From contig CAXHJY010000792.1 of NCBI GenBank assembly GCA_964016885.1, positions 1-55,380 of the forward strand: a DNA stretch of 55,380 nt, given 5' to 3'. Positions 32,409 through 46,842 of the stretch are shown here, one piece after another. Source of the stretch: Eledone cirrhosa (Eukaryota). Position 1 is the stretch's first letter. Each line of letters begins with the position of its first letter. Under the pieces are notes generated by a model that saw only the letters and a program-made list of their open reading frames with translations, did no database searches and was not told where the DNA came from. Made by a program: the position numbers and the translations under genes.

Positions 32409-33006
32409 TGGTGGCTGCCAACTCGTTTTCGAGTACGGCCACTACTTTATATCCATATAGGAGAACCCCTACCGATGCGCTGAACGAGTGTGACCTTTTA
32501 GTCCAGCCAGCGACTTGAAAACACTACACTTGTGAGAAATATTGACACATAGTGCTGGGCCCATGGTACCCTGTGACGACAAGTGCAGAGAGATCTCCAG
32601 ATATAAAGCAATGCCTGTGCCGTGAAGCTTTTATAGTGAGCAAAGGCACTGCACAAAGCCAGTCCCACTCTCTTAACCAAGATGATATTTACCAAAAAGA
32701 AGAACAAGTCAACATCATTGGATACCATCAGAGTTGCAGGTGTTATATCAGAGTTTTCCTTCTCCTAGAATTCTGCCTTGACAAAGGCTAAAAGGTCATC
32801 TCTCCCGGTGATTTTGGATGGCCATTGACTCTTAAGAGCTCCTTTGCCCTTTGACAGGTCTTGTTTTTAGTCCTGCAGGATGTCCAAAGTCACCCTCCTC
32901 ACCAAGAAACCTTGGTGGGGTTGCCAGTTTAGTCGCCAACGACCCGACCATGGGTCAGGTTGTACTGGGATACATGTTACCAGTAGCACCAACTGGTGAC
33001 CTGACA
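32409..33006 (-). mobile_element. Second full-length RTE-derived non-autonomous element
   Basis: Reverse complement of 30774-31383 with scattered substitutions and a small deletion. Confidence 0.7.
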
Positions 33007-33263
33007 TATATATACATACACATATATATACATACATACATATATAAATATATATATATACATACATACATATATATATATACATACATACATATATAAA
33101 TATATATATATACATACATACATATATATATACATACATACATATATAAATATATATATATACATACATATATATATATACATACATAAATACATATATA
33201 AATATATATATATACATACATATATATATATACATACATACATACATATATAAATATATATAT

Positions 33264-33319
<56 letters not shown>

Positions 33320-33394
33320 ATGTATGTATATATATATATATATGTATGTATATATATATATTTATATATGTATGTATGTATATATATCTATATG

Positions 33395-33432
<38 letters not shown>

Positions 33433-33588
33433 GTTAATTTGTATTCCAATGTTACTAAGTAGTTGCATTGGATGGAGTCAACTGACGTCAGAGATTGCTC
33501 AGCGTATAATAAAGCGTGTTTTAAAATCCGGAGAAAATATGGAGGAAAATTTTTTACGAAATGGAAATGCGGGTATATAGAATTTATT

Positions 33589-33705
33589 AGGTAACAATTG
33601 TTTCTATAGTGTATGAGTTACCTATACTTCGCTACTTGAATAATACACAAATATTATCAAAAACCGAAAGTACACTGTAAGCCAACACACCATGTCATCA
33701 GACCT
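33589..33705 (-). ncRNA. Type I hammerhead with ~90-nt stem II
   Basis: Mirror of 35827-35943. Confidence 0.75.
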
Positions 33706-34006
33706 TTGTATTAGAATGATATGAAAATATTTCATACACTAGATAAAAGATAAAGTAGGAGGTAGGAAGAGAAGGGGAAGAGGGAAGTGAGTGAGGTGGA
33801 GGGAGTCTTAGGGTTTAAGACTGTCAGACTAGTAGAGATTGTGAAGAGAGAATGTTTTGGCAGCAGTTAGCTTAATGAGGCGTGCTAAGGTTGGCTGGGA
33901 AGTAGATTCTTCTAGTGGTGTTGTTCGGACAAAATTTAGTTAGAGGGGTCAAAGTAGTACAGTGTCACAGACAAGCTATTAGGGCTATTATAGTAGCAGG
34001 TTATTT

Positions 34007-35239
34007 CTAAAGGGGTCCAGAAAAACAGTGTTTAGTACTATTATTATAGAAAGCCATATCTAGTGTATAAACATATAAGACAGAAATTCGCAAACGTTGG
34101 TGTAAAAAGGTAACATTATATGCATTTAAAAAAGAAAAAGTCGTTTTCAAACGATAGTTACAATATAGAGAACGTTCAATTTTGCTGTTCAAAAGTTTGT
34201 TTACCGACGTTAAAATGCAGTATATCTCTAAATTGCATAACTTGCAGAATCGATGATTTTGCTGATATGCAGGCGCAGCTGCAATAATTTGCCAATCAAG
34301 GGAGAACGCTTGATTGTTACTCCGAAGCTGCCAGGCTTTATCGGCGAGGGTTGTTACGGAGCGCATTTTCTCGTGCCTGATCGAAGATCGATGTTGGTAT
34401 AGGCGAGCCTTGAAAGAAGTTGCGGTACATCCGACGTAATACCATTTGTTGGTCCCGGAATTTATTGTACACCGGTAGACAATATTGCGTGCTAGGCACT
34501 GGTTATTCAGTGGGCACGTACCTGGTTTGGTGCAGTTACAACTATTTTTATGTTTTGCAGTAGAATCCTGGATAGTTTGGTGGGGTTGTGGTTGCGTGTT
34601 AGTGCGTTGTATGTTGCTATGCTGGTGCGCTGAGTCATTAGGGATGTACTTATTCAGTATTGCTGAGTTGAGTTTTCTAATTAGTTGTTCTATGTTAGGT
34701 GCAGTGGAGTATGAGAGTCTAATGGTGCGCGAGTTAAAGATTTTATAGTATTTATGTGAAGTTGTAAAGTGTTTATTGATTAGTGTATAGAATTGTGAGA
34801 TAATCTTAGTGCTAATAGAAGAATTGTACACGGGGTTATACCATATGTACTCTCTACGTCTGACTCTATTTGCTGGTTTGCACCTGTTAGTATGCCTATT
34901 GATGTGTGTGTGTGGTGCAATACTAGTTCGACTTAGATGTGTTTTATTCATAGTACTTATGTGGTTATCGTCTAGATATTCAATTTTCTCGCAGTAACTA
35001 GCTTTTCTAAGTGCGTCATTATAATATTCAGCATGCTCGTTGAAGGTCTGCAAATTAGACGACAGTCGGGAGATCCTTATGGATATATTTTTAGGGATAG
35101 ATTTTAATAATGGAATGAGGATGGTTCGATTTTACATTAACGTACTTAAGATTTTCATTAAGTTTGTGAAATGGCTCTATATTACCGTTATTAAGGTTGA
35201 AGGTGACATCCAAGAAGTTGACCACCTTAAGATTGTGTT
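34007..35239 (-). pseudogene. PLE RT-thumb / GIY-YIG ORF, 5'-truncated
   Basis: VNFLDVT, WYNPVY, LSYST, CNCTKPGTCPLNNQCL, IVY..YVG, RLYQH, CKLC..E, LN.K.E. Confidence 0.88.
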
Positions 35240-35826
35240 CAAATTATTGCAGCTGCGCCTGCATATCAGCAAAATCATCGATTCTGCAAGTTATGCAATT
35301 TAGAGATATACTGCATTTTAACGTCGGTAAACAAACTTTTGAACAGCAAAATTGAACGTTCTCTATATTGTAACCATCGTTTGAAAACGACTTTTTCTTT
35401 TTTTAAATGCATATAATGTTACCTTTTTACACCAACGTTTGCGAATTTCTGTCTTATATGTTTATACACTAGATATGGCTTTCTATAATAATAGTACTAA
35501 ACACTGTTTTTCTGGACCCCTTTAGAAATAACCTGCTACTATAATAGCCCTAATAGCTTGTCTGTGACACTGTACTACTTTGACCCCTCTAACTAAATTT
35601 TGTCCGAACAACACCACTAGAAGAATCTACTTCCCAGCCAACCTTAGCACGCCTCATTAAGCTAACTGCTGCCAAAACATTCTCTCTTCACAATCTCTAC
35701 TAGTCTGACAGTCTTAAACCCTAAGACTCCCTCCACCTCACTCACTTCCCTCTTCCCCTTCTCTTCCTACCTCCTACTTTATCTTTTATCTAGTGTATGA
35801 AATATTTTCATATCATTCTAATACAA

Positions 35827-35943
35827 AGGTCTGATGACATGGTGTGTTGGCTTACAGTGTACTTTCGGTTTTTGATAATATTTGTGTATTATTCAAGTAG
35901 CGAAGTATAGGTAACTCATACACTATAGAAACAATTGTTACCT
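35827..35943 (+). ncRNA. Type I hammerhead with ~90-nt stem II
   Basis: Stem I aggt/acct; CTGATGA 35831; atggtgtgt/atacactat; GAAAC-AATT-GTT 35928-35939. Confidence 0.75.
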
Positions 35944-35988
35944 AATAAATTCTATATACCCTCATTTCCATTTCGTAAAAATTTTTTT

Positions 35989-36014
<26 letters not shown>

Positions 36015-36019
<5 letters not shown>

Positions 36020-37565
36020 CTATATAATATTTTGAGAATAAGCTCTCAGTCCTTTACAATAATTAAGCTCCAGGAAAGGGTCATTTCCGAGCAGTTAAAT
36101 ACATTAAAATATATGATAAACACAAAACGTGTTTGCATTGCAACAGATAGTCAGCTATTAATGAAATAAACTAATTAAAGTGAATACAATTTGTCTGTCT
36201 CGATATAAGTCAATAAAGACAATGTTATATTGGCAACTGCCATGATTCCTGGACAGATTTAAATTTCAAAATCCAAACCTGTTCTGTAGACGAATTTGAA
36301 CCTCGAAACCTAAATCCGTTTCGCAATGGTGGTATGTGAATTTAAAAAATAAAGAGAATCGAAATGGAATTGAAATAAAAAGTGAAATATTCAAATCTTC
36401 TGTGCATATCAACAGGAATCCAGTAGAAATTAGTACATTTCACATCAAAAAATTTTGCAAGTCTGACTACACGTGTATAGCCAGACCAAACTAGCCGTCC
36501 CGCATTAACGGTGCTAGAAATAACAGCCATATATGCGGGATTAAAAATCAGCTCTAACATTTAAGGAGCAATATACTATATAATATTTTGAGAATAAGCT
36601 CTCAGTCCTTTACAATAATTAAGCTCCAGGAAAGGGTCATTTCCGAGCAGTTAAATACATTAAAATATATGATAAACACAAAACGTGTTTGCATTGCAAC
36701 AGACAGTCAGCTATTAATGAAATAAACTAAAGTGAATACAATTTGTCTGTCTCGATATAAGTCAATAAAGACAATGTTATATTGGCAACTGCCATGATTC
36801 CTGGACAGATTTAAATTTCAAAATCCAAACCTGTTCTGTAGACGAATTTGAACCTCGAAACCTAAATCTGTTTCGCAATGGTGGTATGTGAATTTAAAAA
36901 ATAAAGAGAATCGAAATGGAATTGAAATAAAAAGTGAAATATCCAAATCTTCTGTGCATATCAACAGGAATCCAGTAGAAATTAGTACATTTCACATCAA
37001 AAAATTTTGCAAGTCTGACTACACGTGTATAGCCAGACCAAACTAGCCGTCCCGCATTAACGGTGCTAGAAATAACAGCCATATATGCGGGATTAAAAAT
37101 CAGCTCTAACATTTAAGGAGCAATATACTATATAATATTTTGAGAATAAGCTCTCAGTCCTTTACAATAATTAAGCTCCAGGAAAGGGTCATTTCCGAGC
37201 AGTTAAATACATTAAAATATATGATAAACACAAAACGTGTTTGCATTGCAACAGATAGTCAGCTATTAATGAAATAAACTAATTAAAGTGAATACAATTT
37301 GTCTGTCTCGATATAAGTCAATAAAGACAATGTTATATTGGCAACTGCCATGATTCCTGGACAGATTTAAATTTCAAAATCCAAACCTGTTCTGTAGACG
37401 AATTTGAACCTCGAAACCTAAATCCGTTTCAAATGGAATTGAAAACGTTGTCTTTATTGACTTATATCGAGACAGACAAATTGTATTCACTTTAATTAGT
37501 TTATTTCATTAATAGCTGACTGTCTGTTGCAATGCAAACACGTTTTGTGTTTATCATATATTTTA

Positions 37566-37570
<5 letters not shown>
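36015..37570. repeat. ~555-bp tandem array (2.6 units) ending in an inverted partial copy
   Basis: Unit starts at about 36015, 36571 and 37123. 37444-37570 is the reverse complement of unit positions ~85-212. (TA)n on both sides. Confidence 0.9.
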
Positions 37571-37641
<71 letters not shown>

Positions 37642-37650
37642 ATGTATATA

Positions 37651-37715
<65 letters not shown>

Positions 37716-37720
<5 letters not shown>

Positions 37721-37834
37721 AACGAGTAGGACACTGGGGTCCTACTCGTTCCTATTACCCACTCTACTACCCTAAGTATTGAGTACTTTGGTGCGTTATG
37801 TTCCACCTGGTACCTTACCACATTTTCTTCGTTA
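37716..37834 (+). mobile_element. Mini hairpin-plus-tail element, complete tail
   Basis: Same structure as 31729-31818. The tail ends cttcgtta, as at 27048. Confidence 0.72.
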
Positions 37835-38054
37835 TATATATATATATGTATGTATATGTGTATATATATATATATATATGTATGTATATGTGTATATATA
37901 TATGTATGTATATATATATGTATGTATATATATATATATGTGTATATATATATGTATGTATATATATATATATGTGTATATATATATGTATGTATATATA
38001 TATGTGTATATATATATATGTATGTATATATATGTGTATATATATATATGTATG

Positions 38055-38085
<31 letters not shown>

Positions 38086-38148
38086 GTATGTATATATATA
38101 TGTATGTATATATATATATATATATATATAAATATGTATATATATATG

Positions 38149-38225
<77 letters not shown>

Positions 38226-38384
38226 GTATGTATATATATATATGTGTATATATATATGTATGTATATATATATATGTATATATATATATATGTATGTATA
38301 TATATATGTATGTATATATATATGTATATATATATATATGTATGTATATATATATGTATATATATATATGTGTATGTATATATA

Positions 38385-39835
38385 TTGCATCCTCCATATA
38401 TTTCTTCAATTCTGTCCCCATTAGCCTACCTTAATTCTACTTAAGTCAGTTTTTTTAGATATCGTTATGTATATAATAGTAAAAAATTTCATTCCTTTTT
38501 GTAAACATTTGTAACGAAACATTAAAGTTTATAAAATTTAATGACTTAAACTATAGCTAATATTATACTACCTTATTGTATAGTTTAAATATTTTTAATA
38601 TTAATTTATCAAATAGGGTTTTCAAGTCATTGACAGGGATTGTTTTCCTTTGTTTTTACTTAACTACTTAACCGCATGTGAGACCTAAATGTATATGTTT
38701 GTTTTTGTTTTGTAATTTCCGGTTGATTATATTTATTTATTTTATTTTATATTTTATATTCGATATTTTATTTGAAATACTACTGGGCATTATATTTACT
38801 ATTTACTATTCACTGTCTCGCACTTACTTACACATCCACATATGTCTGTCTACTAACCTTGTAATTATAAGTAATTATATATTATATTATGTCAATTTAT
38901 TTTATTTTATATAACATATTATATTATATTGTATTGTAATATTGATCCTTATTACTTACTGTTCATTATATGTAACATTATGATATTTAAACTTTATATA
39001 TCATGTAAGATATTTGTATTTTTCTGTACCATCATAATGTTTTTTTTAGTATTGTATAATTAACCGGGGATCATCTATTATATTGAATTATATAATTGTA
39101 TTGTTTATTATTTATTATATGTGTTTCTTGTAATTATATCGTATTATTACCTCATGTATATTGGGTAGATGTATTGGTATTATTATTATTATTATTTTCA
39201 CTCTTATCATGCTTATTTTTATATTCAAACTCCTAATAAGGTTTAATTTGTGTAGTTGAAGATAGATGTGCGTATTGTTGTATGTGTGTGTGTGTGTACG
39301 TGTGCGCACATATATACATGTGCATATTGTAACTTTTGATTTTTATTGTAATTCTAATGTTGGTAAAGGTATATTATTATAATGTATTATATTATATTAC
39401 ATTGTGTTATATATAATTCCTGCTCTATATAACCACCTTTGTTTAGCTCTAGGTTATTTGCTTTGGACTATAGTTGTAATATGGTTCTTAATGTTATATA
39501 CATCCTTAGTTATTCTTATTATATATTTTTATTATTTTTATTATATATTTTTGCAAGACTTTAGTGTATGTACACTCCATATTCTTCGGAGCTTCCGGCT
39601 TGTATCTGCCGATATTACTTCTTGTTGTTTTAATTGCCCTGATGAGTCCTTAATAGGACGAAACATTGTCGGCTAATAAAAACTTTTGATGTATTAAAGG
39701 CTTCTTTGTTTTACTCTCTTAATTTTTCGGCTCTGTTTAACTGCATTGAGCTATACCTTTTACTGTCATTTCTATAATACGAAGAGGGTGTTTAACTCCA
39801 ACACGCTCCAGTATTTTAATCCTTATTTTAATCCT
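38385..39835 (+). mobile_element. Solo 3' UTR/pLTR of the PLE #2 family with a ~115-nt extra tail
   Basis: Colinear with 17182-18670. Confidence 0.85.
39630..39679 (+). ncRNA. Minimal type I hammerhead ribozyme
   Basis: gcc-CTGATGA-gtcct taat aggac-GAAAC-att-GTC-ggc, with a perfect stem II. Confidence 0.9.
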
Positions 39836-39899
39836 TATATATATATATATATATGTATGTATATATGTTCATGTATGTGTATATGTGTATATATGTATA

Positions 39900-41640
<1,741 letters not shown>

Positions 41641-41916
41641 CGCGCGCGCGTGTGTGTGTGTGTATTGTCTGCAAAGCAGTCCATATGCCTGTTGTAAATC
41701 CACAAAGAAGAGGTGTAGGAAAAAAGCTCAGCAATGAACTATTGGGAGTTCATTGGCAGAGTTACTTCCTCCTGAACAGATATATATTTGGCGAACCAGG
41801 TCAAATTTTGCAACAAGTAGTCCAACAAGAAATGTTTCATTTTTCCTTCCCCCCTTTTTTTGTTTTTTCCTTTAATAGTGTGTTTTATTTTTATTAGATA
41901 GTGCTCAACTAGTTTG

Positions 41917-42047
<131 letters not shown>

Positions 42048-42282
42048 AATTAAAATGCGTATACGGGAAATTGAGACACGCATCTCTCGTATACCAACGA
42101 GAAATTCGTGGTTCGAATCCCCGCAGCCGTTTCTGTTCAACTTTTTTCCCTATACACAGATACTTTACCCGATTTGTTCAAAAAATATTTATAGTTATCA
42201 GCTATTATTACTACCATCTACAACGCAGCGACTGCACCTTGAAATTAATGTTTAACACACACACAAACACACACATATATAA

Positions 42283-42855
42283 GGGCGGTTGATTGACAGT
42301 AACGGTAGAGCGTCAGACACCATGCTTTGCAGCATAGAGATATGGCTCTTTACGTTCTGAGTTCAAATCCTGCCGAGGTTAACTTTGGCTTTCATCCTTA
42401 CGGGGTCGATAAAATAAAGTACTAGTCACGCTCTGGGGTCGATTTAATCGACTTCCCCTCCCCCCAAATTGCTGGCCTTGTGCCTATATAAGAAACCATT
42501 ATTACAATTATATAAGCGCGGTAGAGTAGCAGTATCGGTAGAGTGTTGGACGCGATGCTTTGCAGCATAGAGTTACGGCCCTTTATGTCCTGCGTTCACA
42601 TCCCGCCGAGGTTAGCTTTGCCTTTCATCCTTACGGGGTCGATAAAATAAAGCACTGGTAATACGCTGGGATAGATTTAAACGACTTTTCCCTCTCCTTG
42701 AAATTACTGGCCTTGTGCCTAAAGTAGAAACAATTATTACAATTATATAGGGGCGTTGGATTGGCAGTGTTGGTAGAGTGTCGGACAACATGCTTTGCAG
42801 CATATAGTTACAGTTATTTACGTATATGTTCAAATCCTGCCGAGGTTAGCTTGGC
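42283..42855 (+). mobile_element. Head-to-tail run of 2.5 tRNA-derived SINEs
   Basis: Copies start at about 42283, 42516 and 42750. A/B boxes and core as at 22076. Confidence 0.88.
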
Positions 42856-42859
42856 TAAG

Positions 42860-43635
42860 TTAAAAGGGATGTTGGTATGGGTGTGTGATGGATAAGATGC
42901 AAAAAGAAGGTAATGTCGGGAGTCAGTAGATTTTAAAATATATGTCAGCTTTTAATGTTCAGTTTCCTTTTGTCATTAGGATATCTAACAATGGAAGCTT
43001 TGTATTGTTAAAATCCATAATGAATTGGATATTCTGGTTTATATCATTGATGAGGGTTTGAAATGTCTTTAGTTGGTCAAGATTCTCCCTCCACAATATG
43101 AAGCTGTTGTCAAAGTACTTCTTCCAGTTTTCTTTTTTATAATCACCGAAATTATTCCTATGAATTTGTTCTTTTTTGTTTTGTTTTGGGGTTTTTTTTT
43201 TTGGGGGGGGGGGGGGGGTTGTAAATTTGTAATTCAAAGTATCCCATGATTCCCATGACTTTTGCTGGCGCAACGTTTGTCCACATGGCTATTTGATTTC
43301 TGTCCGCAAGCTATTTCATCGAAAATAAAATAATTGTTTTTTTAAATGAATTCATGTCCGTCTACGATGAACTTCTTAATAAAGCGGTCTGGTTGTTCAT
43401 AAGGGAATTAGTCTAGCAAATATTTGATGGATTCGATTTCGTAATCGTGTGGAATGTTACTATATAGTTTCACAACATCCAATGAGATCAAGTGATTTGG
43501 CTCACATTATCTTGTAGATGGTTGTGAAAATCTAAAGCATCTCGTATGAAACTCCGAATGTGTTTGAGGAGAGATTTCAATAAGATGTCTAAGAAATTTC
43601 TTAGGTGGTGTGTATCGCAGATTGGACCTGCTATA
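42860..43635 (-). pseudogene. Old PLE RT fragment (non-Hydra type)
   Basis: IAGPICDTHHL..FLDILL, SLDVVKLYSNIPH, W.KYFDNSFILW, LPLLDI and NIPFNLA, with many stops. Confidence 0.75.
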
Positions 43636-43691
43636 ATGCAAAAGGCCTGTCAATGCATTTTTCAAACACAATATATATATATATATATATA

Positions 43692-44115
43692 TGAATGTAT
43701 GTGTAGTATATTTGGCAATATACCGTATGTTTAATTAAAAACATTTAGAAGACCATACGTTATCAGTTTTAAAGTAGTGTCTATGTCACTTACTTCTTTT
43801 CGGTGAATGAAGGGAGAGAAGCTGACAGTCTGTTTCACACCTGTTTGGCGTTCATCAGAGTGACGCACTCCCCTGATTCCGCCGAAAATTATAGAAGCTG
43901 GATTCTTATAAAATTCCAGTAATAATCAGGGGCTGATTATACAGAGCGATTACCGGTCCAGCAAAAATTAGGTATTAGGATTGGTGTTCTGAAATAGCGA
44001 TGTATACATGGATGTATGTATAGTATATTTGGCAATATACCTTATGTTTAATTAAAAACATTTAGAAACCATACGCTATCAGTTTTAAAGTAGTGACTAT
44101 GTCACTTACTTCTTT
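43692..44115 (-). repeat. 317-bp HHR-bearing unit (1.3 copies), sister family of the 310-bp array
   Basis: tagtatatttggc occurs at 43704 and 44021. Homologous segments gagcg.tt.ccggtcc.gca.aaattag..tctgaaatagcgat and atgttta..aaacattt.gaagacc. Confidence 0.8.
43797..43888 (-). ncRNA. Type I hammerhead ribozyme
   Basis: CTGATGA (43852-43858); acgcc/ggtgt; GAAAC-AGACT-GTC; long outer helix, weak proximal stem I. Confidence 0.7.
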
Positions 44116-44881
44116 ATGTATATATATATTTAAGTTCTATGTTTATCTCGTAGATTAGTAATTTGACAAATAGGGATCGATTAAGTATGGACCAGGCATA
44201 AAAATAAGAACTCGGATCGATATGATCAATTAGATGTGCCCCAGCATAGCCTTACTCTAACAACTGAAACCACTATAAGTAGGAATGAATGTATATCAGG
44301 AACAACAAAAGTATAGCAGCTATTAATTTGCGCTGAAAGGAGGAATCAAAAATGATTTCAATGCTTCGGACATTTGTCTTTCGTCAAATAATACGTTTAC
44401 AATAAACACTTCATATTGAAAGAAGTAGCTTAACCGGATGGAGTTTCTCCATAAAAGGTCAACGGGTATAATAAATCTTCGGTGCATGCATTTGTGGTTT
44501 ATAGCCTGTGTATGTGTTATATTTCATCAAGGGACGTAAGGTACGAGAACATATGTTGAATGTCTATATAGGAGTGTACAAGTAAATGTGTGTGTTATCA
44601 AATCAAGGGAGATAAAATGCAAAATAAATTCTATGTGTATTTGTAGTTGAATATGTCTGTGCAAATTCCCACGAGAAGATTCACTACCAATATCTCGTAT
44701 CCATAATCCACCTATTAAACACGTACCAAGATGCCTCATTCATATCAACTACCCAACAGTTATATATGTATATATGCGTGTGTGTATATATATATATATG
44801 TGTGTGTGTGTAGAGAGAGAGATATGTATATATGTATATACGTGCGCATGCGCGTGTATATGTATATACACATGTATATAT

Positions 44882-44972
<91 letters not shown>

Positions 44973-45048
44973 GATATATATGTGTGTGTAGATATATATA
45001 TATATATGTGTGCGTGTGTGTGTGTGTGTGAGTGCATGCATGTGTATA

Positions 45049-45106
<58 letters not shown>

Positions 45107-45428
45107 TAGATAGTCATACGTATGGATGCATGTACATAGATGCATATATATGTATGTGTAACTACGTTCATGTGTGAGAGGTTTGAAGTGTGCGTGTATT
45201 TTTTAAAGAAGCAGGTGTTGAATACAATGCCACCTCCCGTGATTTCAACTTAACTAAGCAACTAATGCCTTCTATATAAACCTCTTATAAGTTCAGACTA
45301 GACAAGTGTGTCACTGTTGGAAGTTTTTGCAACAACTTAAGCTGCAGTAATCTATATTTATTGTTATTTCACTTTTGCTCTCGCCGGATTACAGATATTG
45401 AGCGACTACTTAGAAAGTTGCTTACATG

Positions 45429-46113
<685 letters not shown>

Positions 46114-46134
46114 AATAACAATAACAATAATAAC

Positions 46135-46168
<34 letters not shown>

Positions 46169-46842
46169 TAAAAAAAAAATGGCTATAAATGGAAGAAGAA
46201 CCCCCCCTCCTCTGGCTACACTATATAGGACAGCTAAACTCACCAACACCAGAAACTAGATACACCACCCACCCCATCATCTGTGTACACTAAACACAAC
46301 AGCCAGATAACGACACATTTTCACCTTCACCGCCACCGCTCACTACGGCCATCATTACCACCACTATCCCATCACCGCCGCCACCACCCCTTGACTCCGC
46401 TACAGCACCATCACTACAGTAATACGGTCACATCACCGCCACCACTGCCTCGGTATCGACATCGCCACCACCACTGTCTCAGTATCGCTAACGCCGCCAG
46501 TCTCCCACTTCCCCCTGTTGGCTGCTACTTCCACATTATAGAATTCCTACTACTAACAAAGAGGAAGGTATCAAAATATATAGATAGACTCAAAAGAAAA
46601 AAGAAAAAACAAACAACAAAACCAAAGCAGCACAGCAACAACAGCAAAAAACGAGAAAAACAAACAGAGAAAAACAAAAACAAAAAAAAGAAACCCCAAA
46701 AACGTAAAGAAAATAAGAATGAAGAGAGAAGCAGGCGGACGGACAGAGAAGGAGGGGGGAAAAAGTAAAACTTAAAAAACTAAAACTAAGTCAGACATTC
46801 GAACACTACATTACAATGAAACTTATGCTTATTCATTTTTGG

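Larger units (their letters stand above)
33430..35990 (-). mobile_element. Penelope-like element #4 with inverted 5' pLTR
   Basis: Minus-strand body 35239 to 33430. 35240-35990 is the reverse complement of about 33541-34291. One HHR in each arm. Confidence 0.9.

Noticed and set aside
42100-42130. tRNA gene (GGTTCGAATCCC; similar motif at about 54970)
   Set aside because: Only B-box-like fragments with no cloverleaf; probably old SINE heads.
44355-44400. Minus-strand TTGACGA-aagac aaat gtcc-GAAGC motif
   Set aside because: Both core strands are mutated and there is no cleavage triplet; at most a dead HHR.
46283-46768. 161-aa His/Pro/Lys-rich ORF
   Set aside because: Low-complexity CCA/CAC and A-rich sequence with a GTG start and no domain.
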